Shown here: positions 9,113 to 18,140 of the stretch, one piece after another
How the letters are laid out: every line of letters starts with the position of its first letter
Numbering within the stretch: the first letter of the stretch is position 1
Source: Balanoglossus misakiensis
Lineage: Eukaryota > Animalia > Hemichordata
Length of the DNA stretch: 64,000 nt
Direction: 5' to 3'
Assembly (NCBI GenBank): GCA_040954595.2
Contig: JBECUI020000039.1
Location: 72,396-136,395, forward strand
The notes under the pieces: model-generated
What the model saw: only the letters and a program-made list of their open reading frames with translations
The model's database searches: none
Told to the model about the DNA's origin: nothing
Translations under genes and position numbers: made by a program

Positions 9113-10804
9113 ATGCTGATAAATATACTTGATCCAGACAGCGTGCGTAAAATTTCTGCAGGTGAAGTCATTGAGGGACCTGCATCCATTGTTCGTGAAC
9201 TGATGGATAACGCTATCGATGCCGGTGCTACTCGTATAGACATTCATATTGAACAAGGCGGCATCCATAGCTTGCGCATTACCGATAATGGAATTGGCAT
9301 GGACAAAAAGGATATAGAACTTTGCTGGCTTCCCCATGCAACATCAAAGATACAGAATGTTGACGATCTCAACCAGCTTCATACACGAGGCTTTCGTGGC
9401 GAAGCACTTGCATCGGTTGCCGCATCGGCTCGTATGCAAATACAAAGTTGCACCAAGAACAATACTGCCCATTCACTTATAGTGGAAAACAGTGCTTACG
9501 TCTCTGCGAAGCCAATGCCCCATGCACAAGGCACAACCATACTGGTTGATAGGCTCTTCCATAACATACCGGCTCGCAAAAGGTTTCTAAAAAACAGTAC
9601 TGGTGAATCGAGCAAGATTCGTGCCATGATCTGGGAGAAAGCCCTGCCGGTTCCGGAGATCGAAATCCGCTACCATACGGATAATAACTTAAAAAAGCAT
9701 TTTCCAAGTGGCGATTTATGTACTCGAGTAAGCCATATAACAAATATACCCGTATCAATGCTCCATCAGGTAGAATCGAAGGGGACGTTTTTTTCTATTA
9801 CCGCGATCCTTGCGGACCCCGAAAAAAAGAATCGGACTCGCACAGGAATACGTATCTATGCAAATAGTTATTACATACGTGACTATGCTCTTATAAATGC
9901 GGTGGAATATGCATATCGTGATGTATTGCCAGGGGGATCCTTTCCTACTGCGGTAGTATTGTTGTCGATTGATCCTGCTATGATAGATGTAAACATTCAC
10001 CCTGCAAAACGTGAAGTGCGCATACGCAAGATCGATGAAGTTCGTTATGCACTCATTCAGACCATCCGCTCTTCGAAGTTTACCAAGATGTCACCCTCTG
10101 AACAGTCATCGGTGCCGCCTTCCTTTCATGATCAGTGGAAACCCGTTCCGGCCTCCGAGTGGGTTCCGCAGTTTCCTGCAAAGGATACAGTTCGCAGTCC
10201 GAGTCCACAAAGCTTATGGACTGAACAAAGAGAGCTAACCCAAGAAGAACGGAGCAAAACGGATCCGACTATACGCTATCTGGGTCAGCTATACGATACA
10301 TTTCTCATTATTATGCGTGAATCTACACTTTTCCTTGTCGATCAGCACGCTAGTCACGAACGACTTATATATGATAGATTACAAACATCTCTACCGGTAC
10401 AGACATTGCTCCTACCTATAGAGTTTCAGGTAAGGGATGAAGAAGCCGAAACAATTATAAAATATCAAGAAGAATACCGGAAAATCGGAATTAGCATAAA
10501 ACAAAAAAATGACACAGTTTTCTCAATCAATGAGGTTCCTGAACCCTATCTGCCTCTTATTGATGAGCTGCCGGATTGTATCCGCACTCTTCGCGGATTG
10601 CAAGATGAGTTTGCAAAAGAATTGCTTGCTAGTATGGCATGCAAGAGTGCTATAAAGTCGCGCGATAGCATTAGTCCTGCCTATGTTCATGAACTGATCG
10701 GCTATGTATTTGCCTTAGAACAACCTCATTGTCCTCACGGACGCCCACTATGGGTAGAAATAAGTGAGACAGAGTTGTTGAAACGAATCGGTAGAACCCA
10801 ATAA
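9113..10804 (+). CDS. mutL: DNA mismatch repair endonuclease MutL
   Basis: ISAGEVIEGPASIVRELMDNAIDAGA, GFRGEALAS, DVNIHPAKREV, DQHASHER, ACK, CPHGRP. Confidence 0.96.
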   Translation: MLINILDPDSVRKISAGEVIEGPASIVRELMDNAIDAGATRIDIHIEQGGIHSLRITDNGIGMDKKDIELCWLPHATSKIQNVDDLNQLHTRGFRGEALASVAASARMQIQSCTKNNTAHSLIVENSAYVSAKPMPHAQGTTILVDRLFHNIPARKRFLKNSTGESSKIRAMIWEKALPVPEIEIRYHTDNNLKKHFPSGDLCTRVSHITNIPVSMLHQVESKGTFFSITAILADPEKKNRTRTGIRIYANSYYIRDYALINAVEYAYRDVLPGGSFPTAVVLLSIDPAMIDVNIHPAKREVRIRKIDEVRYALIQTIRSSKFTKMSPSEQSSVPPSFHDQWKPVPASEWVPQFPAKDTVRSPSPQSLWTEQRELTQEERSKTDPTIRYLGQLYDTFLIIMRESTLFLVDQHASHERLIYDRLQTSLPVQTLLLPIEFQVRDEEAETIIKYQEEYRKIGISIKQKNDTVFSINEVPEPYLPLIDELPDCIRTLRGLQDEFAKELLASMACKSAIKSRDSISPAYVHELIGYVFALEQPHCPHGRPLWVEISETELLKRIGRTQ

Positions 10805-10810
10805 AAGAAT

Positions 10811-11473
10811 ATGAAAATACTATGTATCTCAGATGAAGTTGATCCCCTTATCTACAGCGAACATATTCAACAGCGCTTCGGCGATATTGATTGTGTTATT
10901 GCTGCTGGCGACCTCCCCATGGAGTATCTCGGTTATATTGCATCAAGTATTATGAAGCCAGTGTTCTTTGTTTTCGGGAATCATAATCTTCAGGGTATGA
11001 AATACTTTGTAAGAAATGATGTTATGCAGTTTCCACAAGACAATAAGACGGAATTGCCGAAAACATTTGGTGCAACATATATTAATTGCCGTTCGGTTCG
11101 ATTTCGTCGCACACTCATAGCGGGACTGGGGGGATCGCGAAAGTATAATAATAGTCAGAATCAATTTACCGAAACTACTATGCGCTATAAGATATTAAAA
11201 CTAATACCGCGCCTGATTTGGAATAAACTCCGGTACGGCAGATTCCTGGATATACTGGTAACGCACGGGCCACCGTTGGGTATTCATGATCTTCCCGATC
11301 GATGTCATCAAGGCTTTAGCTGCTTTCTCTGGTTTATGAAGGTATTTCGCCCACGCTATCTGCTCCATGGACACATCCATCTCTACGATCAGCGAACTAC
11401 TCGCAAAAGCACCTGCTACAACACCGAAGTTATTAACGTGTTTAAGCACTACGTACTTAAAACAGAAAAATGA
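10811..11473 (+). CDS. Calcineurin-like metallophosphoesterase
   Basis: ISDE, AGDL, FGNH, VTHGPP and LHGHIH motifs. Confidence 0.88.
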   Translation: MKILCISDEVDPLIYSEHIQQRFGDIDCVIAAGDLPMEYLGYIASSIMKPVFFVFGNHNLQGMKYFVRNDVMQFPQDNKTELPKTFGATYINCRSVRFRRTLIAGLGGSRKYNNSQNQFTETTMRYKILKLIPRLIWNKLRYGRFLDILVTHGPPLGIHDLPDRCHQGFSCFLWFMKVFRPRYLLHGHIHLYDQRTTRKSTCYNTEVINVFKHYVLKTEK

Positions 11474-12396
11474 ATACAAACTTACACAGACAACAGGCAA
11501 ATGACAACTTCTCTAAATCCCGCGGACAAGCAACGCTGAAAAGAATTGTAAACCTGCTTACTCCATGGAAACAAAACTTGCTAAAACTCGATGATGTGAA
11601 ACGTCTTATTCGTCCGAAAAAAGAGATATACCGTGGCTTTAAAACGATACCTATAAAAAAGATTATCGGTAGCGAGGGGCGTTACAATGACTTTACCACG
11701 TCATTTCTTCCAAAATACGAGTACCTGCGGGGGCGCTGGACCAGCATTGATGTTGCTCATTACTCCCAAACCAATCTACCGGCTGTTCAACTGTATGAGA
11801 TCGGGGGCATGTACTTCGTGCGGGATGGGAATCACCGAATTTCGGTAGCACGGTACGAAGAGATTGAAGAAATAGATGCGATTGTAACATCTCTGGAAAC
11901 AGAAATACAGCTAGAAGAAGGAATGACAAGCGAACAATTACGGGAGACGGTTATTAAATACGAAAAAGACGAATTTTACCGCACAACTAATTTTCGTGAA
12001 GTCAGTGGGGGCTATAATCTCGTACTAACCTCAACCGGTCAATACAAGGAGATACTTGCAATGATTCATGCACATAAACAATATATGAAAGAAACACATA
12101 AAAAAGAGGTCTTACTGGAAACGGCAGTACATGATTGGTTTATGAATATTTTCTATCCCCTTGTTCGCATTATACAAAAACAAAAAATTCTCTCCCGTTT
12201 CCCCAGAAGAACATCCGATGACCTCTTTCTGTGGGTCTTCCGCCATTGGGAAGAACTCCGGGAACAGGGCGGTGGGGGCACAAAAGTAGAAAGTGCATTG
12301 GAACACTATGCCATGTCTTACGGCAAAAGCATGATGCAACGCTGGTGGGAGCGCATATGCACAGTAATGAAGCAAATACGCCAAGTATTCAAGTAG
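11470..12396 (+). CDS. ParB/Srx-like domain protein (DUF4032-associated type)
   Basis: IIGSEGRYNDF, LPAVQLYEIGGMYFVRDGNHRISVAR, DLFLWVFRHW; ATGA-coupled to the phosphoesterase. Confidence 0.75.
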   Translation: MNTNLHRQQANDNFSKSRGQATLKRIVNLLTPWKQNLLKLDDVKRLIRPKKEIYRGFKTIPIKKIIGSEGRYNDFTTSFLPKYEYLRGRWTSIDVAHYSQTNLPAVQLYEIGGMYFVRDGNHRISVARYEEIEEIDAIVTSLETEIQLEEGMTSEQLRETVIKYEKDEFYRTTNFREVSGGYNLVLTSTGQYKEILAMIHAHKQYMKETHKKEVLLETAVHDWFMNIFYPLVRIIQKQKILSRFPRRTSDDLFLWVFRHWEELREQGGGGTKVESALEHYAMSYGKSMMQRWWERICTVMKQIRQVFK

Positions 12397-12437
12397 TGCT
12401 TATTCAATCTAGGGCTGGCTATTGCGGAGTGAACAAA

Positions 12438-13085
12438 CTAGTACGGTCCACTGAGGTATCCACCCTGCCTTTCCGTCGGGGTGTAGAAATACATGAGGGC
12501 ATACTCGTTCTGTGTATCTCGCACTATAACTGAGTTGTGTTCTACCTGCTGAATATTAGTTGGTACCCCGTCCTTGTCCAATCCAAACATGTAGTTCAAC
12601 TGAAAAAGACTCGTGAATACTTGATCCCTTCCCCGTTTTTCAAAAAGGGGAATACGGTTTTTCGATAATGCAACACGCGGAGAAATAAATAATATTTTCT
12701 CTGTTTCATCTCCGCTGTAGCTCTGTGCAACAATACGATAAATGCCGCGCGGCATGTTCTCGTAGTTGTGCATACGAAGCTGTGCCAGCAGTATTTCACT
12801 ACTGCTTTCACTAAACTGCTTCCATTCTTCAACACCTAATGTCCAGTATAGCTCCAGCTCGTCATGGATAATGTATACTACCGCAATGTCTTCGACAATA
12901 TCAGCAGTGCGAAGATTCATCCAAACATTGAGATACTCATATGTTTTTTGTTCTTGTCGGTCATCATATAGACCTAATGCACCACTGGCTCGTACAATCT
13001 CAAACGAGGAATTTTCACAAGACAAGGTAAGTACCATAGACAAGACTATTAGCAATGGTAGTACTGATGCTTTGCAAAGGGGCAT
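12438..13085 (-). CDS. Putative lipoprotein
   Basis: Hydrophobic leader ending VLTLSC; the ATG directly follows the rpsU stop (TAAATG). Confidence 0.7.
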   Translation of the reverse strand: MPLCKASVLPLLIVLSMVLTLSCENSSFEIVRASGALGLYDDRQEQKTYEYLNVWMNLRTADIVEDIAVVYIIHDELELYWTLGVEEWKQFSESSSEILLAQLRMHNYENMPRGIYRIVAQSYSGDETEKILFISPRVALSKNRIPLFEKRGRDQVFTSLFQLNYMFGLDKDGVPTNIQQVEHNSVIVRDTQNEYALMYFYTPTERQGGYLSGPY

Positions 13086-13295
13086 TTAGTAATTTTTTAT
13101 CGCACGCTGACGTACTACTTGTTTATATAATTTGCGTTTCAGTGCTTTTTGTTTTTTATTACGAATAGATGAGGGTTTTTCGAAAAATTCCCTGCGCTTC
13201 CACTCTTTAATAATACCTTCGCGCTCTACCATGCGCTTAAAGCGCTTGAGAGCACGATCCACAGATTCTGTTGGGTCAATAGTTACTTGGGCGAT
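13086..13295 (-). CDS. rpsU: 30S ribosomal protein S21 (not in the ORF track; ATC start codon)
   Basis: Manual translation (M)[54 protein letters not shown]..., 69 aa. GGAGGT lies 5 nt upstream of the ATC. Confidence 0.95.
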   Translation of the reverse strand: MAQVTIDPTESVDRALKRFKRMVEREGIIKEWKRREFFEKPSSIRNKKQKALKRKLYKQVVRQRAIKNY

Positions 13296-13360
13296 GTTTT
13301 ACCTCCTGCATCTTCACTTCGTTATATAGTACTCATAGAAATACAATTATGTCAATAGAA

Positions 13361-15481
13361 TTACGTATGATTTACACTATTTGTTGAACTGGTAAACATA
13401 TCTACAATGTTTAGACTGATGCGGCGATGGTCGAAATTGTCAAATAAAATTTCAAAAACAACATCTACATGGTCTCCTATTTTGAAGTCTATGCTATGGT
13501 CTTCTGAAGCATTCCACCGTAAGCCCGGCCAGGAAAACTTGCCGTAACGAAGCAGATACTTAAAATGCTTTGCACCCCTGCCTATAACAGAGAGAGACTC
13601 TATATACATGTTTTTGCTGAAAAAACGAAGCGGACGGTTTTTCATGCCATAGGGTTCAAAGAAGTCTACGAGTTCAGCAATATCAGGAGTAAGATACTTT
13701 TCGGGTAATTCTGCATCAAAAAACATAACTTCACTATTACTACTTGTCTCTTCCATCAGTTTGCTGTGCTGCTGTACTCGTTCCAGAAGGGTATCAATGC
13801 TATTGACCTCCAAACGAAAGCCAGCTGCTCCATCATGTCCCCCCCAGTCAATGAAGATATTCTCAAAGTTCTTGAGAAAGTCCGTTGCATGAAATCCGGC
13901 ATTGCTCCGCACAGAACCGATGCAGTTGTCTTTCACCCGTGTTATGATAATTGCCGGTACCTTGTTCTCCTTGCTGATCCTACTGGCAATAATGCCGGTA
14001 ATGCCGCGGTGTACGTCTTCGCTGTATATGATAATCAGTTTGCCGTTATTTTCCCGTAAACTCTTACCTGCTGTGTAACGAATTTTCTCCCATGTTGACT
14101 CGGCAAGTAGTTTGCGCTGCGAATTAAGCTGTATTAATTCTTTTGCCAGTGCAAAGGAATCGCCTATGCCAAGGAGCAGTTCTACAGCCTTATCGGGTCG
14201 TCCCATCCGACCGGAGGCATTAATTATCGGAGCGACCCGCCAACTAATATCCTGCGAGTTCGGCACTACATGCAGGTTGGAAAGGGCACAGAGTTGCTGA
14301 ATCCCTACTCTCATCTTCTTTTCCATAATACGCATGCCGTGATGTACAATGAGCCGATTCTCATCGACTAAGGGCATCATATCGGCAAGGGTGGCTATTG
14401 CCGCAAGGTCTATGCTCTGCTCAAGAGATTTTTTCGGTTCGGGGTCAATGATTGCATGATAGACTCGAAAGAGATAAAAGAACATGTCAAGTTCCTTAAA
14501 ATCCCTTATGTATCGATTCCGTACGTTGCTCTCATGTAGTTGTAAAAGACTCTTGCCTACCATATTAGGATAGGATTTACAGAGTGTTGGGGCTATGTCT
14601 TGTAGATAAAAATCTATCTTGTCACCAAAAACGCTTTTGAGTATCTTTTTCTGTTGTTCGGCATTGTATACAAAGATCGGTAATCCTTCGATGTACTGAA
14701 AAAACTTACTGTTCTTGGGATATCCCATCTCTGGAATAAATATCTCAGTTAGACGGTCCAACTCGACAAGATTACGTACCTTCACGACATCAATCTGAAC
14801 ACCATTATTCACCGGGCAGGCAAGAAGTAGACAGAGCGTCTGCTTATACCAATCACTCTTCGCAAAGGTGAGTGCCTCGTAGAACTTCATGATAACTGCG
14901 GCAGTACAGAGACCCGCAAGGGGATAACTAGATGAACTGCTTGCAGGATTAACGATGGCAGTAACATTGGGCGTCAGATCGTGGCTTACATGATGATCGA
15001 AAATAACCATGTCAATGCCGAACTCTGCTGCTCGCATCTGGGCTTCGTAGTTTGTCGTGCCGCAGTCAACCGCAATAAGTAAACCGCCACCTTCTCGATG
15101 GAAGGATTCTACCAACTCACTGTTTAGCCCATAGGACTCGTCATGGAGCGGAAGATTCCACGAAACCGAACAGCCAAGTTTTTCAAGACATTCTACCATC
15201 AGAACAATGCTGGAAATGCCGTCGACATCCCGGTCTCCAAATACCAATACCCGCTCTTCTGCTTCCCCCGCTTGAAGAATGCGGTCTACTGCATCTTCCA
15301 TGCCCTGCATACGGAATGGACAGTGCATGTACCCATAGTCATTTTCCATGTAGTAGCATAGATCTTTACCGTCTTGAATGTTACGCCGCAACAAAATGAC
15401 CGCTTGTAGGGGGGTGCATCCGTAGCGTTGCGCAAATTCTTTAATTTCTTCCTTGTCGATCTTCTTTTTTTGCCAATACAC
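13361..15481 (-). CDS. recJ: Single-stranded-DNA exonuclease RecJ
   Basis: GDRDVDG, VDCG, DHH, ATLADMMPL, INASGRMG, GSVRS, GGHDGAAG, EPYG; includes a central insertion. Confidence 0.95.
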   Translation of the reverse strand: MYWQKKKIDKEEIKEFAQRYGCTPLQAVILLRRNIQDGKDLCYYMENDYGYMHCPFRMQGMEDAVDRILQAGEAEERVLVFGDRDVDGISSIVLMVECLEKLGCSVSWNLPLHDESYGLNSELVESFHREGGGLLIAVDCGTTNYEAQMRAAEFGIDMVIFDHHVSHDLTPNVTAIVNPASSSSSYPLAGLCTAAVIMKFYEALTFAKSDWYKQTLCLLLACPVNNGVQIDVVKVRNLVELDRLTEIFIPEMGYPKNSKFFQYIEGLPIFVYNAEQQKKILKSVFGDKIDFYLQDIAPTLCKSYPNMVGKSLLQLHESNVRNRYIRDFKELDMFFYLFRVYHAIIDPEPKKSLEQSIDLAAIATLADMMPLVDENRLIVHHGMRIMEKKMRVGIQQLCALSNLHVVPNSQDISWRVAPIINASGRMGRPDKAVELLLGIGDSFALAKELIQLNSQRKLLAESTWEKIRYTAGKSLRENNGKLIIIYSEDVHRGITGIIASRISKENKVPAIIITRVKDNCIGSVRSNAGFHATDFLKNFENIFIDWGGHDGAAGFRLEVNSIDTLLERVQQHSKLMEETSSNSEVMFFDAELPEKYLTPDIAELVDFFEPYGMKNRPLRFFSKNMYIESLSVIGRGAKHFKYLLRYGKFSWPGLRWNASEDHSIDFKIGDHVDVVFEILFDNFDHRRISLNIVDMFTSSTNSVNHT

Positions 15482-15482
15482 G

Positions 15483-16814
15483 TTACGATAATTCCTCTAG
15501 AATAATTGAACCAGGCGAATGTACATCACTAATAGTCAGTGCGTCGGTTCCCCACTTAATAGACTCTGCAATGTTGCTCTTTACTTCATCGTACCAGAGA
15601 CGAATAACTGCTTCGTTTTTTCGAACCTTCGCTCCGTCCTTGTACAATAATTCGACTCCGACATTCGGTAAAATTTCGTCCTTGAGAGTCGTTCTTCCGG
15701 CACCAAGGTGGTTGGATGCAATGGCAATGTTGTAGGCATCTATGCAAACATACCCGTCCCTATCGGCTATGATGTCGGTGCTGGCCTTGCTTCGCCGCTT
15801 GCCGATTTGCAAACAAAGCTGATCTATGTCTCCTTGTTGGAGGCTAACGTTTTTTGCAAAGTGTTGCCATGCTTTGCCCGATTCCAATGCATGCCGACAT
15901 TGTTCTTCGCCCTGCTTGATATTATTTGCCTTTTTCGTCGCAACAAGCATCCATGCACCGAGACGCAAAACAAGCTGCATTAAATCTTGAGAACGGGGAT
16001 CAACCGACAACTGATGACCGTCAATTATGCCACGTAAACAGTGCACGCATTCATCAATTTCCAAAAAATTTCCAACCATGTACCCAAGCGGACTGTTCAT
16101 GTTGCTGACAACGGCAATGAGTGTTCGTTCCAGCTTTTTTGCAGTTCGTTGGAGCATGTCGGCAAGCCTGAGTGCATCCTCTTTCGTCTTAAAAAATGCA
16201 CCGGAACCGCATTTGACGTCAATAATGATGGCTTTGGCCCCCTCTGCAAACTTCTTTGACAAGATGCTGGAAACAATGAGCGGTATCGACTCGACTGTTC
16301 CCGTAACGTCGCGTAGCGCATACAGTTTTCGGTCCGCTGGAACAAAATCCTCTGTTTGCCCCATCATAACATAGCCGTTCTCTGCTATGTCTGCATATAC
16401 TTGCTCTTTCGTTAAACGGGTGTTGTACCCGGGTATTGTTTCCAGTTTGTCCAGTGTACCGCCCGTATGCCCGAGGGAACGACCGCTCATCATAGGAATA
16501 ATGAGACCGCAGGCAGCCAACATGGGAGAAAGAATGATCGAGACCTTATCACCTACCCCACCAGTGGAATGCTTGTCGACTGGAATCCCTGAAAAGGAAC
16601 TAAAATCTAAACATGTCCCACTGTTGATCATCTCCTGTGTTAATATGCATGTTTCGTCTTCATTTAAAGATTGAAAAAATATTGCCATAAGAAAGGCAGC
16701 GATTTGATACTCGGGGATGGTCCCGTCCATGTACCCATTAATGAAATAACTGATTTCATCATTCGTCAGTATGCCCTTGTCTCGCTTTTTTGTAATAATA
16801 TCAATGAACCTCAT
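15483..16814 (-). CDS. pdp: Pyrimidine-nucleoside/thymidine phosphorylase
   Basis: DKHSTGGVGDK, MSGRSLGHTGGTLDKLE, LYALRDVTGTV, DVKCGSGAF. Confidence 0.94.
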   Translation of the reverse strand: MRFIDIITKKRDKGILTNDEISYFINGYMDGTIPEYQIAAFLMAIFFQSLNEDETCILTQEMINSGTCLDFSSFSGIPVDKHSTGGVGDKVSIILSPMLAACGLIIPMMSGRSLGHTGGTLDKLETIPGYNTRLTKEQVYADIAENGYVMMGQTEDFVPADRKLYALRDVTGTVESIPLIVSSILSKKFAEGAKAIIIDVKCGSGAFFKTKEDALRLADMLQRTAKKLERTLIAVVSNMNSPLGYMVGNFLEIDECVHCLRGIIDGHQLSVDPRSQDLMQLVLRLGAWMLVATKKANNIKQGEEQCRHALESGKAWQHFAKNVSLQQGDIDQLCLQIGKRRSKASTDIIADRDGYVCIDAYNIAIASNHLGAGRTTLKDEILPNVGVELLYKDGAKVRKNEAVIRLWYDEVKSNIAESIKWGTDALTISDVHSPGSIILEELS

Positions 16815-16866
16815 ATTAATAGTCTAGCATAGTCATATAAATATATGATATACTGGGATAATAATT

Positions 16867-17364
16867 ATGTACGCTTTGTTTGTTGATTTGGACGGAGTAT
16901 TGGTAGATTTCGCTGCCGGGGTACGAAAATTCCTGGGGGCTTCACCTGAAGAATTGGACAAACAATATATGTGGTCCCAACTTGCACTGAGGCCGGGGTT
17001 TTATGAACACCTGACCTGGATGCCCCATGGCAAAGAGTTGTGGAGCATTCTTATGAACTATTCTCCGCGTATTCTAACTGGTGTGCCCCACGGAACATGG
17101 GCTGCCCCGCAAAAAAAAATATGGTGCTTGCGTGAAGTAGGTGCCGATGTTCCGGTTATAACCTGTCGTTCAAAACAAAAGGCTGATATGGGAAAGAAAT
17201 ATGCAGGGGAAGAAGAAATTCCGGTGCTTATTGATGATAGTAGCCATCTATCACAGGCTTGGGAAGAGATGGGCGGGATATTTGTGCATCACGTAACAAA
17301 CGAACAGAGTATCCAGACACTGATTGATATCGGCTTAATTGAGGACTTATACGATCCCGGGTAA
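16867..17364 (+). CDS. HAD-superfamily 5'(3')-deoxyribonucleotidase-like protein (NT5C type)
   Basis: LFVDLDGVLVDF, ILTG, QKKIW, LIDD, WEEMGGIFVHH. Confidence 0.8.
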   Translation: MYALFVDLDGVLVDFAAGVRKFLGASPEELDKQYMWSQLALRPGFYEHLTWMPHGKELWSILMNYSPRILTGVPHGTWAAPQKKIWCLREVGADVPVITCRSKQKADMGKKYAGEEEIPVLIDDSSHLSQAWEEMGGIFVHHVTNEQSIQTLIDIGLIEDLYDPG

Positions 17365-18054
17365 GGCAGATATCGTTTTTAATGGTTTGCCGAGAATCTG
17401 TTCAATAAGACGATAGAGAAAAACCGTGAGCACCTGCTGGTCTTCTGCTGTACCCGATATCTGCTCTGATACCGACTCGCTTGCAAGAAGACACTCTATT
17501 GCTCCTGCACTGAGCGAGAGGGTCTCGGCTTCTGCATGAAGAAGAAATCGGTGTTTGTTGTAATGATAGTATAGCATCGCGGCACGGGGTATCTCCAAGG
17601 GGGGTTGTTCCCCTATGTAACCTAAATACTGCCAGAGTAATTGATTGCTGATGATTCGTGCAGCAGTTTCGTCGCTTTCTTCAATAATGCCGAGACTGTG
17701 GATAACAAGTTGAAATATTTCCTCTCGGTTGTCCACTCCAAAATGACTGCAGGTAAGTATTTCCGCCCATAGGGAGGCATAAAAATACCGGTATAGTTCC
17801 ATTCGCAGCCCGAAAAACCCGCGTAAGAGATCAAATGAATGAATGCTTCGCTGGTCTCCTTTCGTATATAGGTCGCATTGTCCAAAGGAAAAAGGGAATA
17901 CTGATGCACGGAGTTTGCTCTTATGTGCACGCAATCCATACGCCATTGCCCGTAGTATGCCGTGTTCGCGGGTTAATAGATGACACCCGCTATGGATTTC
18001 CCCTATTGAATAGACTCCGAGAACAAGAGTTTGATCGCTGGTATGACGTTGCAT
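17347..18054 (-). CDS. recO: DNA repair protein RecO
   Basis: OB-fold start VLGVYSIGE...LLTREHGILRAMAYGLRAHKSKLRASVFPF; C-terminal LGKPLKT. Confidence 0.85.
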   Translation of the reverse strand: MQRHTSDQTLVLGVYSIGEIHSGCHLLTREHGILRAMAYGLRAHKSKLRASVFPFSFGQCDLYTKGDQRSIHSFDLLRGFFGLRMELYRYFYASLWAEILTCSHFGVDNREEIFQLVIHSLGIIEESDETAARIISNQLLWQYLGYIGEQPPLEIPRAAMLYYHYNKHRFLLHAEAETLSLSAGAIECLLASESVSEQISGTAEDQQVLTVFLYRLIEQILGKPLKTISALPGIV

Positions 18055-18140
18055 AGTGTTGTTTTATAATAGCATAATTTACTATAATGTTTCTGTGTTT
18101 TGTGAAAAAATATTATCAATACAAAAGGAGGACATAGTTA

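Noticed and set aside
13132-13329. 65-aa plus-strand ORF
   Set aside because: It is the antisense shadow of rpsU.
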